Assembly (NCBI RefSeq): GCF_009914755.1
Contig: NC_060927.1
Length of the DNA: 64,000 bases
Reading direction: 5' to 3' (one strand)
DNA from: the human T2T-CHM13v2.0 reference genome, Homo sapiens
This document shows, one piece after another, positions 59,001 through 64,000 of the stretch; the stretch's first letter is position 1, and the number at the start of each line of letters is the position of its first letter. The notes beneath the pieces are model-generated. The model was given only the letters and a program-made list of their open reading frames with translations, ran no database searches and was not told the DNA's origin. The position numbers were made by a program, and so were the translations under genes.

Positions 59001-59164
59001 ATTTTTTTAAATTCGCCTTTATATTTGCGTTTTATTTCTCTGCTAACTTCCACCACCTCAAGGCTTAATATTACTCCAGTCACCCACTTTACTTTTACTC
59101 CATATTTTATTTCTTCATTTCCTCACCTGAGGACAATAATAATAATAACAACATACTGTGCAAT

Positions 59165-59315
59165 ATTTCATTTAACTTTCACAGCAATCCCTCGTGCATT
59201 GCTATTGTTGTCTGTATTTATCTCCATTTTGCAGACGAGGGAAGTGAGACTTAACAAGATTAAGTACCATGCCCGAGGTCAGGAAGTCATAGAGCTGGAA
59301 TCCAAATGCCTGGTT
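59165..59315 (-). mobile_element. MIR
   Basis: 'CCATTTTGCAGACGAGGAAGTGAG...AAGTACCATGCCCGAGGTCA'. Confidence 0.7.
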
Positions 59316-61719
59316 CATAAGGTTGCAATGAAGGACTTCATGAGATAACTTATGTGAACCACCTAGCGTGGGCCTCATACAAACAGAGAATTTCATGTGT
59401 GTCACTTCTTACAACTATAAGAGAGACGAAGAGAAGATAGGACATGTATTGCCTCTCACAGTAACAGTTTGACTTCTGTGAAGGCGAAACACAGATCTCA
59501 CCCAAGGCTGTGGAGGGAGAGCCACAGAGGGTGAAGCATCCTTATCTCCACACCTGCCGTCCCTTGGTGCTCCACATGCCGCCTCCCCCCAACCCCTCAT
59601 CGCCGTCCCTGCTCCACCACCCCAACTCTCCCTGCTGCCATTGATTTCCTTTTAGACAGGTGTGCAGGGTGGGAGGTTCAAAAAGAACAAAAGAGAAAGG
59701 AAGAGAAAATTTGCCAGGAACATGAAACTTGCCTCACTTTCCAAGCTCAGAAATTCTGCCTCAGTAATTCAGCAACATGGATCATCTGCCTACCTCCCTC
59801 ACCTCTAGGTCCTCCTGTCTCCAGCCAGGGCTACCCCTCCCACCCAGCTCGGCCCTCTTTTTCCATCTCCTCCTGCTTCTGTCTAAAGGGGGAAGCCTCT
59901 CCACAACTGATTGTTGGGACAAATCTCACTGGGCCACAGAGACCTTTCCCACCTGTCAGCCAAGCAGTGGTCTTCACCTCCCAGGCTCCAAGGTAGCAAC
60001 AAACACTGCAACCACAAGGTCGGTCATCACAGCCTCCAGGGGTCGTGAGCAGGAGAGCGATTCTCACAGCTCCATCTCTCCTTTTCCCCCCTGTTCATTC
60101 ATCATCCTGTAAGTGGGACTCCCTTCCCCAGAGCTCATTTGTGACAGTGGGTGGCCAGAAGAAAAAACAAAAGGGGAGTCATATACAGGAAACAATGTGT
60201 AGAATGAAATGTGGGCAGTTAGAAACATCCTTCACCTAGCTATGCGCACTCTTGTCAAGAAAAGAACTGTTTCTGGAGTCCCCAGTCCAAGGGTCAGATG
60301 TTGTATCAGCCTCCCAGTAATCAAGCACGCCTGGATTTTATCCCGATCTTAAAAGTGGAAATGACAAACAAACAACAACAAAAAACTCCCAAAAGACAAG
60401 CAACTTGGTGGATGCTCACGGCTGGTGAGCAACAGCACAGACACAGATCAATCTGATGATTCAACCCAAGCTCCTTCTACCAGGCTTGGGGTTATTCAGA
60501 AGCTGTTTTTCAATTATTCACAGGCTGTCTCAGGAAGTTAAACAGGATGTGCAGAGGGCCCCTCAGAGAGTCATGAATGCCAGCAGAGTTGAACGCTTCT
60601 TGAGATGCTCAGCACTAGAGAGGCGGCTCCCAAGGAACCTGGACATAAACTGAAACCAGTAAAATTTTTGAACATTTGCTGAACAAGCATTCAGAACTGC
60701 TAAGCTAGTTGTGTGAGTCTTATTTTTAATGAGTGTCTGCATAGATGAGATGGGATCTCTTGTAAAAATGACAATCAGTCCTGCTGAGGCTGTTTTTGAC
60801 ATGTGAATTTAAAATTCCATCTTCCTTCAAAACGGGTGACCAATAGATAATAAAAACATTTTGTGATGACAGCTGCCCTGACTGGGAATTGGGGAGGGGT
60901 GAGTTGTGGGGAGGAGGTAGGGAAGCAAAGAGAGGGTGGCTGCGAGGCATTGGAGAGCCCCAGCAAGGAGGGCCTATGTGCCTTGCCAAGAAGCTTAGGC
61001 TGCTGAGGGACTGAAAGCCATATGATTGTGCCTGGGCAAAACAAACGATATTCATTAACTTCAAAGTGCAAATGGCCAAGACATTGTCTATTGGCATCCA
61101 GCTCCACTTGCACCTGCTTCTATGTCCTCCCCTGGGTGGTGGGAGCCAGGACCCTCGGAGGTGCTCATGATGACAGGGTTCTGCATACAGTCTAGGATTC
61201 ACCACAGATATATATTCATGGAGATCTAGAAGGCAGAAGGGAGGTAACAGACATTCTTCCTCTGACAGAAACTGTTCTGGACAGAAAATGTGACCCTAGA
61301 TTCACAGGCCAGAATTCTTATAGTAGGCCATGGCTTCCCTGCCAGTTACCTCACTCAAGGCTGCTGAGTTGCTGGGAAGTTGGCAGCAGTTTCCTACACA
61401 TTTCAGACATCCTAGAAGCAGCAGCCACTTTCTGACTCCCTGCACCACAGGCGCAATGGTAAACCCTACAGGTGGCTGACTTGCTCCTGTAGCTCTTCTG
61501 TTAATTTTGCCAGCAACTAATTCCACGGAGCCTCTGGAAAACCCTGATAGGAGAGTCACAGCATAGCACCGTAGGGTCTTAAAGCAAAGCTGTGCCCTAT
61601 TCCAGAAATAACTACTTTCCTTTTGAGAAGCAGTTCCTACCTCGCTCCTAGGGCTGACTGTAGGAGACCACATGATCTGAACGGGCTACTGTGAACTAGA
61701 TGTTCTCTGATGCCCAAGT

Positions 61720-62750
61720 CACAAAGGTGGCTTTATGTATGCAGCAGCATGGCATCATCCAGTGACAGAAGTAATATTGGTCTCAGTCAGGTCCTGAAGG
61801 CACCAGTAGGTGCCTTCCTACTTATAGGAATCCATAAGCGGGATTCCTATAGTACCTCTCTCCACTCCCTCAGTCTTCACCTATGGCTTCATGGGGAGTT
61901 CTTTATGATCAGTTGATTGAGGAAGAAAAAGCTCCGACAAAGTTCACGAATGGATCTGCACAGGGTGCTGCACCAACTAGATGAAGAGTGCTACACATTA
62001 TACGGAACATAATGGGGAGGGAAATTCTCCCTCTGGGCAATACTTTAAAAAAGACCACTGGTTGTTCATTTTGCCTGGAAAGAAAGATGTTTACAGGTAG
62101 AGATCTATGCTGATTTATGGGAGGTAGCTAATGATTTGGCTGGATGGTCAGGGATTTAGAAGGAACAAGACTAAGAGATTGGTGGCTATAAGGTCTGGAA
62201 AAGGGATTTGTAGATAGTCCTTTTGGAATGGGCACAGCGTGAGGATATCTGTATGCTGTGTGAATGCTTGCCTTAAGATGCCCACAGCAGGCAAGGCTTT
62301 TAATAATCTGATGGACAAGATGAGCTATAGATGTCAGCAGCCTCTTTCCCTAGCCACACCTGGTGAACAAACGAAGTGGCTATGGTGACAAGGATGAAGT
62401 TTTTGCATGTTCTCAACAACAACGATTTCTCTTCTCCAAGACTGGCCTGCCCAACCTACCAATAGCAAAGACCCTAATATAACATCAATCCCCAGAGGGA
62501 CTAACTGGACACTTTGTGGCAGGTGGATTACACTGGACCCCTTTCATCATGGCAGGAGCAGCTATTTTTTTTTTTTTAAGATGGAGTCTCGCTCTGTCAC
62601 CCAGGCTGGAGTGCAGTGGCACGATCTCGGCTCACTGAAAGGGGAGCAGTTATTTTTATATTTACTGGAATATGTGCCTGCCCTGCTTGCAATACTTCTG
62701 CCAGCTCCACCATCCATGGCTTTACCCATTGTTATGGTATCTGCATAGCA
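61720..62750 (+). mobile_element. ERVL internal pol remnant (RNase H plus start of integrase)
   Basis: Degraded SWGVxYDQLxEEEK, FTxGSA, LVVHFAWKE, IYADLWEVANDLAGWSG and WQVDYTGP motifs, with many stops. Confidence 0.85.
62565..62637 (-). mobile_element. Severely 5'-truncated Alu (about 70 bp) in ERVL pol
   Basis: TSD GGAGCAG(C/T)TATTTT at about 62555 and 62643. Confidence 0.85.
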
Positions 62751-62779
62751 TAGGTTAATTGCAAGTGGTGGAGATTGAC

Positions 62780-63200
62780 TACATGCCTATATTCTAGGGC
62801 AAATAACCCTTGGCTGATACCATGGGATGTATTAACTAAGACTGATGTTCTGTACCCTTGGGTCAGTGAGTTACTTTGGAACAAGATGAATCAGCATGCC
62901 AGAATAATTGGACTGATAGTTTGCACCTGGTTTTGGTGGAGCCTTGGAAGGGGGATTTCAATTATTAAGGCTGGCCACATAGCTACAGCATGCTTATATG
63001 ACCAGCTCATTTTAAGATACCCCAACCACAACCAGGTTCTCCGCTACCGAGATGTTTGACATACGTACCCATGGTAATAAGAGACCTGGAGACAATACAT
63101 GTCCAGTGTGACCCAGCATTGTGAGGATAAAGAAGTCTGCACCTGAGCTATCTGGGCCCCTTTCAATGCATATCCATTTTCTGCTACTATTGTACTGTAT
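62780..63200 (+). mobile_element. MER68/MER77-like LTR fragment
   Basis: 'AAGGCTGGCCACATAGCTACAGCATGCTTATATGACCAGC'. Confidence 0.45.
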
Positions 63201-63204
63201 GTAC

Positions 63205-63875
63205 AGATGTCTATTCAATAGTCAAATGAAACATATAACAGGTATTTTTGTATGTGAATTTGGAGTTTGAGGGAAATATTGGGGAAGAAATATATACATA
63301 TTTAGAAGTCATAAAAACACTGATGTTATTTGAAACTATAGGAGTAGATGAAAACAGAAAAGAAATCTGAGGACTGAGCCGAGGTCCCTCCAACATTGAC
63401 CAGGAAGAGGAGGGGACACCAATAAAGGAGCTCAAGGAGTAGTGACCAGAAAGAGGGGAGACACCAGGAATATAGGTGGCCCAAAAGACAGTGAATCTGG
63501 TGTTTCAAGGAGGGAATGATCAATCATGTCAAATGCTGCTGAGGGCTAAGATGTGGACTAAGAATTGATCACAGCATTTTGCAATATGAGACCATAATAC
63601 TTATAATAAACATGCTTCCAATAAAGTGGATTGAACAGAGAGGGGAAGGTAATACAGAGAAGAGAGGAAACTTGGATACGTTTTTTGAGGAATTTTTAAA
63701 GAAATGGTAGGAAATCAGAAGCCGAGAGAGATTGTTTTAAGTGGGAGATATTACAATATCAGTTTTAAGAAATGGTAGGAAATCAGAGGCCGAGAGAGAT
63801 TGCCTTAAGTAGGAGATATTACAATATGTTTTTTTGATGGTGTAAGCAATCAAGCAGGGAGGGAGAAAGTGATAG
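63205..63875 (-). mobile_element. L2
   Basis: 'GAGGACTGAGCC...GTGTTTCAAGGAGGGAATGATCAATCATGTCAAATGCTGCTGAG'. Confidence 0.8.
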
Positions 63876-63894
63876 TATATTATCACTTCTCTCT

Positions 63895-64000
63895 CTTTTT
63901 TTTTTTTTTCTGAGATGGAGTCTCACTCTGTCACCCAGGCTAGAGTGCAGTGGTGCGATCTCACTACAACCTCTGCCCCTGGGCTTAATCGATCCTCCCA
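63895..64000 (-). mobile_element. Alu (cut by the window edge)
   Basis: Poly-T followed by GAGATGGAGTCTCACTCTGTCACCCAGGC. Confidence 0.9.

Noticed and set aside
60726-61673. 159-aa, 112-aa and 123-aa minus-strand ORFs in unique DNA
   Set aside because: No recognisable domain or consistent splice structure, and lengths are compatible with chance.

Overview
Primate, almost certainly human, non-coding genomic DNA. I find no intact protein-coding gene, functional RNA gene or CpG island, and I cannot name the chromosomal locus. More than half of the window is interspersed repeat: about 20 Alu/FLAM elements, old L1/HAL1, L2, MIR, many MLT1/MER LTRs, a near full-length Tigger1 (27087-29763), a solo LTR (30424-31025) and an ERVL pol remnant (about 61720-62750). 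There are two retrocopies: a degraded processed EIF4B pseudogene (about 12372-14484, +) and a 30-nt tailless U2 snRNA retrocopy (1335-1364). The ORFs I examined are repeat-derived, pseudogene-derived or chance. I see no evidence for a new multi-gene system. The most interesting signals are small-scale: two apparent locally templated 60-80 bp insertions inside MLT1 LTRs, a solo poly(A) insertion with a perfect 22-bp duplication, a dense GATA/TAL1/KLF motif cluster resembling an erythroid enhancer, a microsatellite that grew from the EIF4B lysine codons, a fossil of an alternative EIF4B splice form, a micro-inverted Alu tail, and a hairpin at the point where a MER41B loses its GAS motifs. Repeat subfamily names come from remembered consensus sequences, not a search. 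Boundaries without a stated TSD or TIR are approximate.
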